A model generated the notes under the pieces. It ran no database searches. It was not told the origin of the DNA and saw nothing but the letters and a program-made list of their open reading frames with translations. A DNA stretch of 64,000 nt, taken from the NCBI GenBank assembly GCA_965223545.1, contig OZ245006.1, forward strand, positions 1,472,001 to 1,536,000, read 5' to 3'. The DNA is from Planctomycetota bacterium. GTDB taxonomy: Bacteria > Planctomycetota > UBA1135 > UBA2386. The position numbers and the translations under genes are program-made. Of this stretch, positions 27,693 to 38,154 are shown one piece after another (position 1 is the stretch's first letter; every line of letters starts with the position of its first letter).

Positions 27693-30600
27693 ATGACAAG
27701 CGCTCCTCGACCGGTCCGCGTCCTGCTCGTCCACGGCACTCAGTTTCGCGGTGAGGAGGACGACCTCGACGTCGTCGGCCAGCCCGAGGACACCTCCGGC
27801 TGGTGGACCGCCGGCAGCGAGTTCCGCCGCGAGCTGAAGGAAGCGGTGCGCAGGGCGGAGGGAGCGTCGGCGCGGGTCGTGGCGTGGAAGTGGAGCGGCG
27901 CCAACAGCGAGCGCGCGCGGCGCCGCGCCGGCAAGCGGCTGCTGCGCCAGCTGCTGCGCTACGAACGCCGCGGCGACCCGTACCACGTGATCGCGCACAG
28001 CCACGGCGGCAGCGTGCTCTGGCACGCGCTGACCGACGCGCCGCATGCAATGCCGAAGATGCGTTCGTGGACGACGGTCGGCACACCGTTCCTGCGGTTC
28101 GGCATCCGCGCGATGGCTTGGATCTACCTGGCGCTGATCATCGGCGGGATCGCCGCCGTCAGCAGCAACCTGTACGGCTGCCGCACCGCGCTGCGCGAGG
28201 CTTCCGCGACCTACAGCGAAGGACTGCTCGACACCTGGCACAACCTGGTCGCCGGCGAGGAAGGCGCGCTGCCCGCTTTCATGCTCGCCACCGGGGTGTT
28301 GGTCGTGGTCCTCGTGCTGGGCTGGCGGATCGCGCAGATGGGCACCGCGCCGATCGTGCGCGGTGCGCTCGAGATGCGCCGCAAGATGCACGCGAAGACG
28401 GCGCGGCGCCGCTTCCGCAGCCGCTGGCTCGGCTTGCACTCCACCGGCGACGAGGCGATCGCCGGCCTGCGCAGCACGCTGGTCACGCCGCGCATGCGCA
28501 TCTTCCGCATCCCGTTCATCCGCTCGTCGAACCGCGCCCTGCAACTGATGGGCGAAGTCGTCAACGCGCCCGCGGCGCCGTTCGACTACGCCGTGATGCG
28601 ACGCCTGGTCGACCGCGGGCACGGCGCCGATATCGCCGGCTTGCGGCTGGTCGACGTGTCGGCCAGCCCGCCGCCGCAACCACCGCCGCGCCCCCTCGGC
28701 CGGCGTACCGAAGAGGCGATCCGGCTCGAGGCTCGCACTTCGGCCGAGCGCTTGCTCGACCGGCTGCGCGAGACCCTCTACCGCGGTAGCGTTCGGCCGC
28801 GGCCGACCACCCTGCACCGCGTGCTCGGCACGATCAAAGAGCTGCGGTTGGTGCACACGAGCTACTTCGACACCAGCACCGTCCGCCGCGTGCTGACCCG
28901 CCGCGTCGCCGCTGCGGAACCGCGGCCGCCGCGCCCGATGGCACCGCGGCGCGTCCGGCCGCACTTGTTTCGCACCTCGGCGGCCGTGCAGGAGTTCGCG
29001 CTGCACGGCATCGCGCTCAACGCGCTGGGCTTCATGTTGGTCGGCGCTTTCATCGCCAGCCAGGTCACGAGCAACCCGTTCTCGGCGGCCGGCATGGCAT
29101 CGCATGCCACCGAGAATCGGCCGGCCCTCGACCAGCTGCTGACCTCGCAGGCGGCGTTCGCCTCCGACGACGATCAAGCGCTCCCGCTTCGCCGCACGTG
29201 CGCCGGCTGGCTGCAGACACTGGCCAAACTCGACCGCGTCGCAGTCGCCCTCGCCGACGCCCGGCGCCTCGAATCCCCCAGCCACCGCGCCTGGGTCGCA
29301 TCGCTGCTGCACCGGTACTCCAGCGATCCCGGTGACCGCGAGCTGTGCCTGGAGGTGTTGGAGGAGTCGTTTGCCCTGGTCCAGCCGAGCGACGACCAGC
29401 CGGACCAGGTCGGCACGATGGACTTCGGCGCGGCCGGCCGAGTCCTGAGCCGCGCGTTCTTGGCGCAGATCGAGGCCGACGAAGAGGAGCTCGCCGACGC
29501 GGCTGCCGCCTCTGAGGCCAACGACGGGGGGGACGCACACGGTGAGCCGAGCGATGCGGTCGCCGGCGGTCCGGATACCGGCGCCGATGCCACCCCCACC
29601 GACGCCTCGCTGCGCCGCGCCCTCGTCGACCAGCTGCTGCAGCCCGATCTGGTGTGGACCGAAGACGTCGCGCTGACCGCGCTCGAGCACGTCAACGACG
29701 ACGACATGTGGCGGTTCTTGCAGGGTTACGCGGCCTTGCTGTCCAATCGCGACGCCGGCAGCGCTGCTCGTCCACCGACCGCCGACGAGTGGATCGACCG
29801 GCTCGCCGAGCTCGGCGAGCACGGCTCGCTGCACGGCCCGCTCGAACGCGTCATCGCCTACTACTACGGCCACACCGGGCAGGTGCCCGAGCTCGCGACG
29901 CTGCTGGAAACCTCCTTCGTCGACACCGAGGGCGAGGTCGGCCTGGACCCCAACCTGATCGCCGGCCTGCGCGGCATGCTGCACGGCAACCAGGACCGCC
30001 AGCGGATGTTCGACTCCCTGCTGGCGGTCCGGATCGCGCCGGGTTCGTCAACGGCAGTGATTCGTGCGCTGGAGATCGCTTCGGCGGCGCTCTACCTGGA
30101 CCAGGCCGAGGGCGCCGGCGTGGACGCCGCCCTGCCCCGGCGCATGGCGGACTACGCCCACGATCTGCTGCACCCGAACGCACCGAGCGGTATGCCTCAA
30201 TGGCCCGCGGAGGTCTCGACCGCGCTCCTGGCCCGCGCCCACCTGACGACCGGCTGGGCCTACCTCGAGCTCCTGCGCCGCAGCTTTGACGAGGTCGGCC
30301 GCGGGGGATCGCGCGCGCTGCTGCGCGACCGGATGCGGCACAATCTCCAAGCGGCGGCCGATCAAGCGATCCACCGCGAGGGCAGCCGCGATCCCGTGCT
30401 CGCCAAGGCCGCGACCCTGCTGGCATCCGGCGGTGCCCTCCACCGCGAACAAGCGATCCGCATCGCCAGCGGCATCGCCGACGACGACCGGCGCGAGCGC
30501 AAGCTGGAGGACATCGACACGATCGCCCAGCTGTGTCAGAGCTCCGGCCAGCCGCCCGCCGACGATGCTCTGCTCGAACACCGCGCGGGCAGCTTCCTCG

Positions 30601-30818
30601 ACGAGACCAACGTCTCGCTGCCCCGCGTCGAGTTCGCCACCAAGCTGGCGCGCCGCATCCTGACCGCGCAGACGCGTTCGGCACTACTGCTCCGCGCCGC
30701 CCGATGGTTCGAGAGCGAGCGCTTGCGGCCGCGCGCCTACCGCCTGCTTGTAGAATGCGAGCCCGAGCACCAGGCGGAGTTTTGGTGCAGCAAGCTGCGC
30801 CCGGTGCTGGACGGCTGA
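27693..30818 (+). CDS. Membrane-anchored alpha/beta-hydrolase-like protein with C-terminal helical repeats
   Basis: VLLVHGT, WSGANSERAR, IAHSHGG nucleophile elbow, TVGTPF, TM helices, then STGDEAI and VHTSYF. Confidence 0.7.
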   Translation: MTSAPRPVRVLLVHGTQFRGEEDDLDVVGQPEDTSGWWTAGSEFRRELKEAVRRAEGASARVVAWKWSGANSERARRRAGKRLLRQLLRYERRGDPYHVIAHSHGGSVLWHALTDAPHAMPKMRSWTTVGTPFLRFGIRAMAWIYLALIIGGIAAVSSNLYGCRTALREASATYSEGLLDTWHNLVAGEEGALPAFMLATGVLVVVLVLGWRIAQMGTAPIVRGALEMRRKMHAKTARRRFRSRWLGLHSTGDEAIAGLRSTLVTPRMRIFRIPFIRSSNRALQLMGEVVNAPAAPFDYAVMRRLVDRGHGADIAGLRLVDVSASPPPQPPPRPLGRRTEEAIRLEARTSAERLLDRLRETLYRGSVRPRPTTLHRVLGTIKELRLVHTSYFDTSTVRRVLTRRVAAAEPRPPRPMAPRRVRPHLFRTSAAVQEFALHGIALNALGFMLVGAFIASQVTSNPFSAAGMASHATENRPALDQLLTSQAAFASDDDQALPLRRTCAGWLQTLAKLDRVAVALADARRLESPSHRAWVASLLHRYSSDPGDRELCLEVLEESFALVQPSDDQPDQVGTMDFGAAGRVLSRAFLAQIEADEEELADAAAASEANDGGDAHGEPSDAVAGGPDTGADATPTDASLRRALVDQLLQPDLVWTEDVALTALEHVNDDDMWRFLQGYAALLSNRDAGSAARPPTADEWIDRLAELGEHGSLHGPLERVIAYYYGHTGQVPELATLLETSFVDTEGEVGLDPNLIAGLRGMLHGNQDRQRMFDSLLAVRIAPGSSTAVIRALEIASAALYLDQAEGAGVDAALPRRMADYAHDLLHPNAPSGMPQWPAEVSTALLARAHLTTGWAYLELLRRSFDEVGRGGSRALLRDRMRHNLQAAADQAIHREGSRDPVLAKAATLLASGGALHREQAIRIASGIADDDRRERKLEDIDTIAQLCQSSGQPPADDALLEHRAGSFLDETNVSLPRVEFATKLARRILTAQTRSALLLRAARWFESERLRPRAYRLLVECEPEHQAEFWCSKLRPVLDG

Positions 30819-30828
30819 CGCACCCCGG

Positions 30829-31236
30829 ATGCAAACCCGGTACATCAACACCGACCTCGACCTCGCCGCGCACATCGACCTGCGCCCGCTCTTGACCGCG
30901 CTGGCCGCTGCCGGCGTGGAGGCGCTGCACGGCGCCGTGCGCGGTGACGACGATGCCTGGCACGCCGTGCTCGAGACCGCGATCCACTACCCCGAGCCGG
31001 AGACCACCATCGCGGCGATGCTGACTGCAATCGAAGCGCTGGCTCCCGCCGAGCGTTCCACCTGGAACGCGTGCCACCAGCGCGACTTCAATCTCGGCTA
31101 CGACTGCGGCACCGCGCCCTGGGCGTTCGCCGCCGGTCTGTCCAACGGCCTCCTCGCGCGCATCGCGGCAGTCGGCGCCACCGTGCAGTGGACGCTGTAC
31201 CCCTACCGCGAAGAGGACGACGCCCCACAGCCGTGA
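30829..31236 (+). CDS. Small hypothetical protein
   Basis: 135 aa; [24 protein letters not shown]; starts 10 nt after the upstream stop. Confidence 0.75.
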   Translation: MQTRYINTDLDLAAHIDLRPLLTALAAAGVEALHGAVRGDDDAWHAVLETAIHYPEPETTIAAMLTAIEALAPAERSTWNACHQRDFNLGYDCGTAPWAFAAGLSNGLLARIAAVGATVQWTLYPYREEDDAPQP

Positions 31237-31248
31237 GCCAGCCGGCGG

Positions 31249-32520
31249 TCAGCCGTCCTTGATGCGCTCGATGTCGGCGCCGATGCAGGCGAGCTTGGCT
31301 TCGATGCGCTCGTAGCCGCGATCGATGTGGTAGACGCGGCGCACGTCGGTGTGGCCCTGGGCGACGAGGCCGGCCAGTACCAGGCTGGCCGAAGCCCGCA
31401 GGTCGGAGGCCATCACCGGTGCGCCGCGCAGATCCTCGGTGCCCTCGATGATCGCCGTCGCGCCCTCGCGCCGGATCCGCGCTCCCAACCGAGCCAGCTC
31501 GGCGGCGTGGATGAAGCGCTCGGGGTAGACCTTCTCGGTGATCACCGAGACCCCCTCGGCGCGCGTCATCAACGCCATGAACTGCGCCTGCAGATCGGTG
31601 GGGAAGCCCGGGTAGGGCATCGTCGTCACGTCGACCGCGCGCAGCCTGCCGTCGGTCGTCGGTGCGTTCGAGATCCAATCGTCACCGGCCTCGAGATCGG
31701 CACCGGCCGCCTGCAAGCGGTCGAGCACGGCGAACATGTGGTCGGGCCGCGCGCCGCGCACGGTCACCGACGAGTTGGTCATCAGCGCACCGGTGAGGAA
31801 CGTCGCCGCCTCGATGCGGTCGGGGATGATCGACCACTCGCAGCCGGTCAGGCTCTCGACGCCCTCGATCTCGAGCAGGTGGCTGCCGATGCCTCGGATC
31901 TTGGCGCCACAGGCGTTGAGGAACTCGCAGAGGTCGACGATCTCGGGCTCCATCGCCGCCGCTTCGATCCGGGTGATGCCCTGGCCGAGGGTCGCCGCCA
32001 TCAGCACGTTGGCGGTGCCGAGCACGGTCGAGCCGTGGCTGCCACCGAGGTAGACCCAGCCCGACGTCACCGAGCCCGACGCGGTGACGTAGCCGTCGTG
32101 GATGTCGATGTGCGCGCCGATCGCCTCCAAGCCCTTGAGGTGCAGATCCACCGGCCGGTGGCCGAGCAGGCAGCCGCCGGGGTAGCTGGCACGGGCGACG
32201 CCGCGCCGCGCCCACAGCGGTCCGAGCACGACGAACGACGCGCGCATGCGGCGCACCAGATCGTAGGGTGCCTCGTAGAACGTCTTGTCGATGGCCTCGG
32301 CGCGCAGGGCCCCGTCCGGCTGCCACTCCATGCGGACACCGAGCCGCTGCAGCAGGTCGATCATCACCGCGATGTCCTTGAGGCGCGGGACGTTGCGCAG
32401 CAGCACCGGCCCGTCGAGGAGAATCGTCGCCGCCAGGATCGGCAGCGCCGAATTCTTGCTGCCTGAGACGTCAATCGTGCCGTGGAGCTCGCGCCCACCG
32501 CGGATGCGGATGCGATCCAA
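31249..32520 (-). CDS. murA: UDP-N-acetylglucosamine 1-carboxyvinyltransferase
   Basis: [24 protein letters not shown] (Cys active site), [25 protein letters not shown] start with GGAGG RBS. Confidence 0.97.
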   Translation of the reverse strand: MDRIRIRGGRELHGTIDVSGSKNSALPILAATILLDGPVLLRNVPRLKDIAVMIDLLQRLGVRMEWQPDGALRAEAIDKTFYEAPYDLVRRMRASFVVLGPLWARRGVARASYPGGCLLGHRPVDLHLKGLEAIGAHIDIHDGYVTASGSVTSGWVYLGGSHGSTVLGTANVLMAATLGQGITRIEAAAMEPEIVDLCEFLNACGAKIRGIGSHLLEIEGVESLTGCEWSIIPDRIEAATFLTGALMTNSSVTVRGARPDHMFAVLDRLQAAGADLEAGDDWISNAPTTDGRLRAVDVTTMPYPGFPTDLQAQFMALMTRAEGVSVITEKVYPERFIHAAELARLGARIRREGATAIIEGTEDLRGAPVMASDLRASASLVLAGLVAQGHTDVRRVYHIDRGYERIEAKLACIGADIERIKDG

Positions 32521-32717
32521 GAACCCCTCCGGAGAGCTCGGTTGGGGCGGAGCTGCAGGGGCCGGCGTGACCGCCGCCGGTCGCGCGAACCCCCCGCCCT
32601 GTGGGGTCGATGCGCACTTGGAGACGCTAGCAGGCGGACCCCGCGTTTTCAGCTTGAATCCCGCTGTTGGACGGCGAGAAGAACACCGCCGTCGCCAGAG
32701 ACGATAGGCAATGCGGC

Positions 32718-34049
32718 ATGAGCCAGGCCCGGACCCTCGACATCTTGCTGGTCGCGCACGGCCTCCCACCAGAGAGCGTGGGTGGCGTCGAGCAGCACGT
32801 CGATGGGCTGGCCCGCGCGCTGGTCAGCGCGGGACACCGGGTCGAGGTCTACGCGCGCACCGGCGGCGCCGGGCCTCAGGGCGAGGTCCGCGACGGCGAC
32901 GGCGATGACGCGGTGCCCTACCGCACCGCCCGCGTGGTCTACCGCTACGAGGACATCGAGGATCTCCGCGGGCTCTACCGGGTGCCGCTGCTCGACCGCG
33001 CCTTCGCCGCGTTTCTCGCAAAGCGGCAGTTCGACGTCGCGCACGTCCACCACCTCACCGGCATGTCGACCGGCCTGCTCGGCGAGCTGCGCGAGGCGGG
33101 CATCCCGTCGGTGCTGACGCTGCACGACTACTGGCTGATGTGTCCGCGCGGGCAGATGTGGCACACCGACGGCACGCCGTGCGCGCGCGTCGAGCCCGAG
33201 CGCTGCGGCGGCTGCCTGGCGCCGGCCTTCGGCGGCTGGTTGCCGCCCGCGCACCGCGCCGCCCGGCTCACCGCACTGCACGCCGACGCCCTCGCCGTGC
33301 TCGGCACCGCCGACCGGCTGGTGGCACCCTCGAGCCGCGTCGCCCCCGCGTTTGCCGCCCTGGGCCTGGATCCGGACCGCATCCGCGTGGTCGAGAACGG
33401 CGTCGACACCACCGCGCTCGAGCAGCTCGAGCCGCCGCCGGTCCACCGCGAGGGCCCACTCCGCGTCGGCTACCTCGGCACGCTGATCCCGAGCAAGGGG
33501 CTCGACGTGCTGGTCGACGCGTTCCAGCAGCTGCCGCCGGGCACCGCCGAGCTGTCGATCTGGGGCAACGCGGTGCCCTACCACGGAGACGAGGGCTTCC
33601 TGCAGCGCGTCTTTGGCCGCCTGCGGCCGGGCGACGCCGTCGCCTATCGCGGCCCGTACCACACCGGCGACCTGCCGCGCATCCTGGCGCCGATCGACGT
33701 GGTGGTGGCGCCGGCGCTGTGGCACGAGGCCTTCGGCCTCACGGTCCGCGAGGGACTGGCCGCGGCGCGGCCGGTGATCGTCAGCCGCATCGGCGGACTG
33801 CAGGACGCGGTCGAGGACGGTGTCGAGGGGCTGGTCGTCGAGCCCGGCGACCGCGAGCAGCTGGCCGCCGCCCTGCAGCGGCTGGCGGGCGACCGCGCCG
33901 GCTTGGCGGCCATGGGCCGCGCCGGGCGGCGCCGCTGCCGCGGCTTCGCGGCGATGGCGCACGACCTCCTCGCGCTCTACCGCGAGATCGCCAACGGCCA
34001 CGCCGAAAGCACGCCCGCGCCGGGCGGTTCCGCGCCGCGCCGCTCTTGA
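32718..34049 (+). CDS. Glycosyltransferase family 4 (GT-B)
   Basis: HGLPPESVGGVE, TLHDYWLMCPR, KGLDVL, EAFGLTVREG, SRIGGL. Confidence 0.92.
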   Translation: MSQARTLDILLVAHGLPPESVGGVEQHVDGLARALVSAGHRVEVYARTGGAGPQGEVRDGDGDDAVPYRTARVVYRYEDIEDLRGLYRVPLLDRAFAAFLAKRQFDVAHVHHLTGMSTGLLGELREAGIPSVLTLHDYWLMCPRGQMWHTDGTPCARVEPERCGGCLAPAFGGWLPPAHRAARLTALHADALAVLGTADRLVAPSSRVAPAFAALGLDPDRIRVVENGVDTTALEQLEPPPVHREGPLRVGYLGTLIPSKGLDVLVDAFQQLPPGTAELSIWGNAVPYHGDEGFLQRVFGRLRPGDAVAYRGPYHTGDLPRILAPIDVVVAPALWHEAFGLTVREGLAAARPVIVSRIGGLQDAVEDGVEGLVVEPGDREQLAAALQRLAGDRAGLAAMGRAGRRRCRGFAAMAHDLLALYREIANGHAESTPAPGGSAPRRS

Positions 34050-34160
34050 CCCGGGCGGCCGGCGGCGACTAATCTGCCCGGCCAAATCGAGGCGAGGAGC
34101 ACCCCGAAGTCCGGGGTCGGCTCGCGCATTGTCCGTCCGCCCGCGCCGACCGAGGGTCGT

Positions 34161-35501
34161 ATGAGCACAACCGAGAGCGTAATGGAGCCCAACCCCCAAG
34201 AACCGGCGTCGAACGGCGAGGACCCGCTGAAGGTCCTGGACGGGCAGCTCGACCACGACCGCATCATCGCGTTCCGCCGCGCGGCCTTCCGCTCGGCCGA
34301 CGGCCTCGAGAACCTGCGCGACTGGCTGTCGACGCCGATGGCACAAGGGCTCAAGCGCGGCATGGCGCTGTGGGCCCTGGGCCGCCACGCCGAGGCGATC
34401 CCGCTGCTGGAGGGTGAGCTCGCCGCGCAACCGGCACTGGCCGAGTGCGTCGCCCGCTCCTACACCGCCGTCGGCCGCATCGACGATGCGATCGCGGCCG
34501 TCACGCCGGCGAACGACCGCGGCCGCGCCGCGGCGCTGCTCGCCGCGCACGAGGCCAGCGGTGACGCCGACGCCCTCGAGAAGGCACTCGCCGGCGTCGC
34601 CGAGGTGGTCGGTGCCGATGACCGCCTCTACTACGAGGGTCGGCTGAAAGAGCTGCGGCGCGACCCCGAGGGCGCGATCGAATGCTACGACGCCGTGCTC
34701 GCGCAAAACGAGAAGCACCGCGCATCGCTGTTCCGGCTGGCGCTCAACGTCGACCTGCGCGGCGAGGACGAAGAGGCGCGCGAGCTGTACGAGCGCGCGC
34801 TCATGGTGCCGCCGGTCAATGCCGCGTGCGTGATGAACCTCGGCATCCTCTACGAGGACATGGGCAACTACCGGCGCGCCATGCAGTGCTTCAACCTGGT
34901 GCTGCAAGCCGATCCGGAGAACGTGCGCGCGCGCATGTTCCGGCGCGACGCCGCGGCCGCGCTCAACATGTACTACGACGAGGACCAGGAGCGCCGCGAA
35001 GACAAGCGCAACCGCGTCCTGCGCACGCCGATCAACGACTTCGAGCTGTCGGTCCGCAGCCGCAACTGCCTGGTCAAGATGAACGTGCGCACCCTCGGCG
35101 ACCTGGTCAAGAAGACCGAGGCCGAGCTGTTGAGCTACAAGAACTTCGGCGAGACCTCGCTGCAGGAGATCAAGGAGATCCTGCGACAGAAGGGCCTGCG
35201 CCTCGGCATGGGCACCGACGAGCTGATGGCCAAGGATCTCAGCGAAGAAGCGGAGCCGCAGCCGGTCAGCATGGAAGAAGCGCCGGATCCGGACAGCCCC
35301 GATCCGGCACGCCGCCCGGTGACCGAGCTCGACCTGTCTGTGCGCAGCCGGCGCATCGTCGACCTGCTCAAGATCCGGTCGATCGGCGACCTGGCCAACA
35401 AGACCGAGGCGGAGCTCCTGGCGTGCCCGAACTTCGGCCAGACCTCGCTGAACGAGATCAAGACCAAGCTCGACGAGCTCGGCCTGGCGCTGCGCGGCTG
35501 A
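34161..35501 (+). CDS. TPR protein with two RNA polymerase alpha-CTD-like domains
   Basis: TPRs (NLGILYEDMGNY..A), then PINDFELSVRSRNCL..KNFGETSLQEIK..GL and PVTELDLSVRS..PNFGQTSLNEIK..GL; no alpha N-terminal domain. Confidence 0.9.
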   Translation: MSTTESVMEPNPQEPASNGEDPLKVLDGQLDHDRIIAFRRAAFRSADGLENLRDWLSTPMAQGLKRGMALWALGRHAEAIPLLEGELAAQPALAECVARSYTAVGRIDDAIAAVTPANDRGRAAALLAAHEASGDADALEKALAGVAEVVGADDRLYYEGRLKELRRDPEGAIECYDAVLAQNEKHRASLFRLALNVDLRGEDEEARELYERALMVPPVNAACVMNLGILYEDMGNYRRAMQCFNLVLQADPENVRARMFRRDAAAALNMYYDEDQERREDKRNRVLRTPINDFELSVRSRNCLVKMNVRTLGDLVKKTEAELLSYKNFGETSLQEIKEILRQKGLRLGMGTDELMAKDLSEEAEPQPVSMEEAPDPDSPDPARRPVTELDLSVRSRRIVDLLKIRSIGDLANKTEAELLACPNFGQTSLNEIKTKLDELGLALRG

Positions 35502-35550
35502 CCGCGCAGCTCCGCGCCGGGCCGACCCGTGCGTCCGCCCCCCGCCCTCG

Positions 35551-36132
35551 ATGTACGACCATCTCAGTGGCGAAGTCCATCGCGTCCAGCCGGCGCGCGT
35601 CGTGCTGCTCGTCGCCGGCATCGGCTACGAGCTCGAGGTGCCGACCGGCACGTCGTCGGCGCTGTCGGTCGGCCAGCACGCGCGCCTCTACACGATCCTG
35701 CACGTGGTCGACGGCGTGCCGACGCTCCTCGGCTTCCACGAGCGCAGCGAGCGCGATCTGGCGCGCCGCCTGTTGTCGGTCTCGGGCATCGGCAAGGCGA
35801 TGAGCCTGGCGATCCTCAGCACCTACTCACCCGGCGAGGTGGCAGGCGCCATCCTGCGCGGCGATCACCCGGCCATGCAGCGCGTCAAGGGCATCGGCGC
35901 CAAGACCGCCGAGCGGCTCTGCCTCGAGCTGCGCGACGCCATCGCCAAGCTCGACCTGACGACGACCGAGAGCGTGGCGCCGACCCTGCCCGACAGCGCC
36001 GAGGACGCCATCGCCGGCCTGGTCACCTTGGGGTACTCGGAGAAGGAAGCGCGCAAGAAGGTCGGCAGTGCGTGGCAGCGGCTGCCCGACGCGCCGACCG
36101 AAGACCTGATCAAGAGCGTGCTGCGCGGCTGA
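35551..36132 (+). CDS. ruvA: Holliday junction branch migration protein RuvA
   Basis: GIGYEL, LLGF..ER, VSGIG, VKGIGAKTAERLCLEL, LVTLGYS. Confidence 0.95.
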   Translation: MYDHLSGEVHRVQPARVVLLVAGIGYELEVPTGTSSALSVGQHARLYTILHVVDGVPTLLGFHERSERDLARRLLSVSGIGKAMSLAILSTYSPGEVAGAILRGDHPAMQRVKGIGAKTAERLCLELRDAIAKLDLTTTESVAPTLPDSAEDAIAGLVTLGYSEKEARKKVGSAWQRLPDAPTEDLIKSVLRG

Positions 36133-37960
36133 CGGGCGCGGCCCCCCGCGCCAGCACGGCGAGCACCAGGTTGACGTCGACCGGCCGCACGCCGGGCAAC
36201 CGCGACGCCTCCCCCACCGACCGCGGCCGCCGCGCGCGCAGCCGCAGCCGCGCCTCGGCCGACAAGCCGGTGATGGCGTCGTAGTCCAGGTCCGCTGGCA
36301 AGGCCCTGGACTCGAGCCGGCGCATGCGCGCGACCTCCAGCTCCTGGCGGCGGATGTAGCCGGCGTACTTCACCTCGGCCTCGATCTCCGCGCGCTCGTC
36401 GGCCGTGAGCGCCATGGCCGCGAGCGCGGCGCTGCCGGCGATCACCTCCTCGACCGATACCTGCGGGCGCCGCAGCAGCTCCTCGAGCGTCCGCCCCTGA
36501 CGGCGCTCGGCCGCCAAGTGCGCACAGGCACCGGCGATGCGCGCGGCCTTGTCGGCGACAGCGGCCGCGGCCGCACCGTCGAGCAAGCCGAGCTGGTGCC
36601 CGATCGGGGACAGCCGCCGGTCGGCGTTGTCGGCGCGCAGCAGGAGCCGGTACTCGGCGCGGCTGGTGAACATCCGGTACGGCTCGTCGGGATTGACGCG
36701 GCACAGGTCGTCGATCATCACGCCCAAGTACGCGGTGGCGCGATCGAGGATCAGCGGCGGCTCGCCGCGGGCGAACCGCGTGGCGTTGATACCGGCGACC
36801 AGCCCCTGGCCGGCCGCCTCTTCGTAGCCGCTGGTGCCGTTGATCTGACCGGCGGCGAACAGGCCGTGCACCGAGGCCACCTGCAGATCGGCGCGCAGTT
36901 GATCGGTGGCCAGGTGGTCATACTCGACCGCATAGCCGGGCCGCGCGATCTCCACGGCTTCCAGTCCGGGGATCGTGCGCAGAAACCGCTGCTGGACGTC
37001 GACCGGCAAGCTGGTGGACAAGCCGTTGGGGTAGATCTCGTCGCTGTCGCGGCCCTCGGGCTCCAGGAACACGAGATGGTGGTCGGCGTCCGCGAACCGC
37101 ACCACCTTGTCCTCGACGCTCGGGCAATAGCGCGGGCCGGCGCCCGAGATGCGACCCTGGACCATCGGCGACAGGTGAGCGTGCGCGGCGATCTCGGCGT
37201 GCGTGGCCGGCGTCGTGCGCGTCACCCAGCAGCACACCTGATCGACGACCAACCGCCCGGTGCGAAACGAGAACGGCCGCGGCTCGGCGTCGCCGGGCTG
37301 CTCGTCGAGGCGGTCGAAGTCGATCGATGCGCGCGCAAGCCGCGGCGGCGTGCCGGTCTTGTGGCGCCCCAGCGCGAGGCCGAGCTCGGCGAGGCTGCGG
37401 GCGAGTGCGGTCGCACCCGCCTCGCCGAGCCGTCCCCCGGCCTGCTGCCAGTCGCCGGCGAACAAGACGCCGCCGAGGAACGTCCCGGTGGTGAGCACCA
37501 CCGCACGCGCGGTCAGCGCCCGGCCATCGGCCAGCCGCACCCCGACGATCTGGCGCTCCCCTGTGCGGCCGCCTTCCGCCAGCAGCTCGACGGCCTCCCC
37601 CTCGACCACCGCGAGGCCGGGTTGGCCGCTGACCGTGTCCGCCATCCGCCGGTTGTAGGCAGCGCGGTCACACTGAGCGCGCGGCGACCGCACCGCCGGC
37701 CCTTTCTTGGTGTTGAGCATGCGGAACTGAATGCCCGCCGCGTCGGTGCACGATCCCATCTCCCCGCCCAGGGCATCCACCTCGCGCACCAGCTGCCCCT
37801 TGGCCAGGCCGCCGATTGCCGGATTGCACGACATGCGGCCGATGGCGCGCCGATCGAGGACGACGCACGCCGTCCGCGCCCCCATCCGGGCAGCGGCCAA
37901 CGCCGCCTCCGCGCCGGCGTGGCCGCCGCCCACTACCAGCACCTCGAAGTCGCGTGCCAT
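36110..37960 (-). CDS. mnmG: tRNA uridine 5-carboxymethylaminomethyl modification enzyme
   Basis: GGGHAG.EAA, MSCNPAIGG, KTGTPPRL, GPRYCPSVEDK, AGQINGTSGYEEAAGQG, EPYRMFTSRAEYRL. Confidence 0.98.
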   Translation of the reverse strand: MARDFEVLVVGGGHAGAEAALAAARMGARTACVVLDRRAIGRMSCNPAIGGLAKGQLVREVDALGGEMGSCTDAAGIQFRMLNTKKGPAVRSPRAQCDRAAYNRRMADTVSGQPGLAVVEGEAVELLAEGGRTGERQIVGVRLADGRALTARAVVLTTGTFLGGVLFAGDWQQAGGRLGEAGATALARSLAELGLALGRHKTGTPPRLARASIDFDRLDEQPGDAEPRPFSFRTGRLVVDQVCCWVTRTTPATHAEIAAHAHLSPMVQGRISGAGPRYCPSVEDKVVRFADADHHLVFLEPEGRDSDEIYPNGLSTSLPVDVQQRFLRTIPGLEAVEIARPGYAVEYDHLATDQLRADLQVASVHGLFAAGQINGTSGYEEAAGQGLVAGINATRFARGEPPLILDRATAYLGVMIDDLCRVNPDEPYRMFTSRAEYRLLLRADNADRRLSPIGHQLGLLDGAAAAAVADKAARIAGACAHLAAERRQGRTLEELLRRPQVSVEEVIAGSAALAAMALTADERAEIEAEVKYAGYIRRQELEVARMRRLESRALPADLDYDAITGLSAEARLRLRARRPRSVGEASRLPGVRPVDVNLVLAVLARGAAPVSRAARS

Positions 37961-38154
37961 GCGGCCGGCGATGGTAGTGCGGCGCGGCGCGTTTTGGACG
38001 GCTCCGGTGCGGCGTGGCCGCGCGCCGATGCAGGAGCATGTGGAACTATGTCTTCATCCACCGCGACCGCCTGCGCCGGATCTACGCCACCGGCGAGCCC
38101 TGACGACGGTATGCCCTTGCGGCCGACCGCAGAGCAAGCCACACTGGCGCCGTC

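Noticed and set aside
24013..27696. Very long antisense or alternate-frame ORFs (also 5838-8345, 32649-35621, 55546-58173 and the upstream parts of 57959-60472 and 13673-15496)
   Set aside because: These are shadow ORFs typical of high-GC DNA, lying opposite or out of frame with well-supported genes and lacking recognisable motifs.
34161..35501. Calling this gene rpoA
   Set aside because: It lacks the alpha N-terminal dimerisation domain and is not in a ribosomal protein operon.
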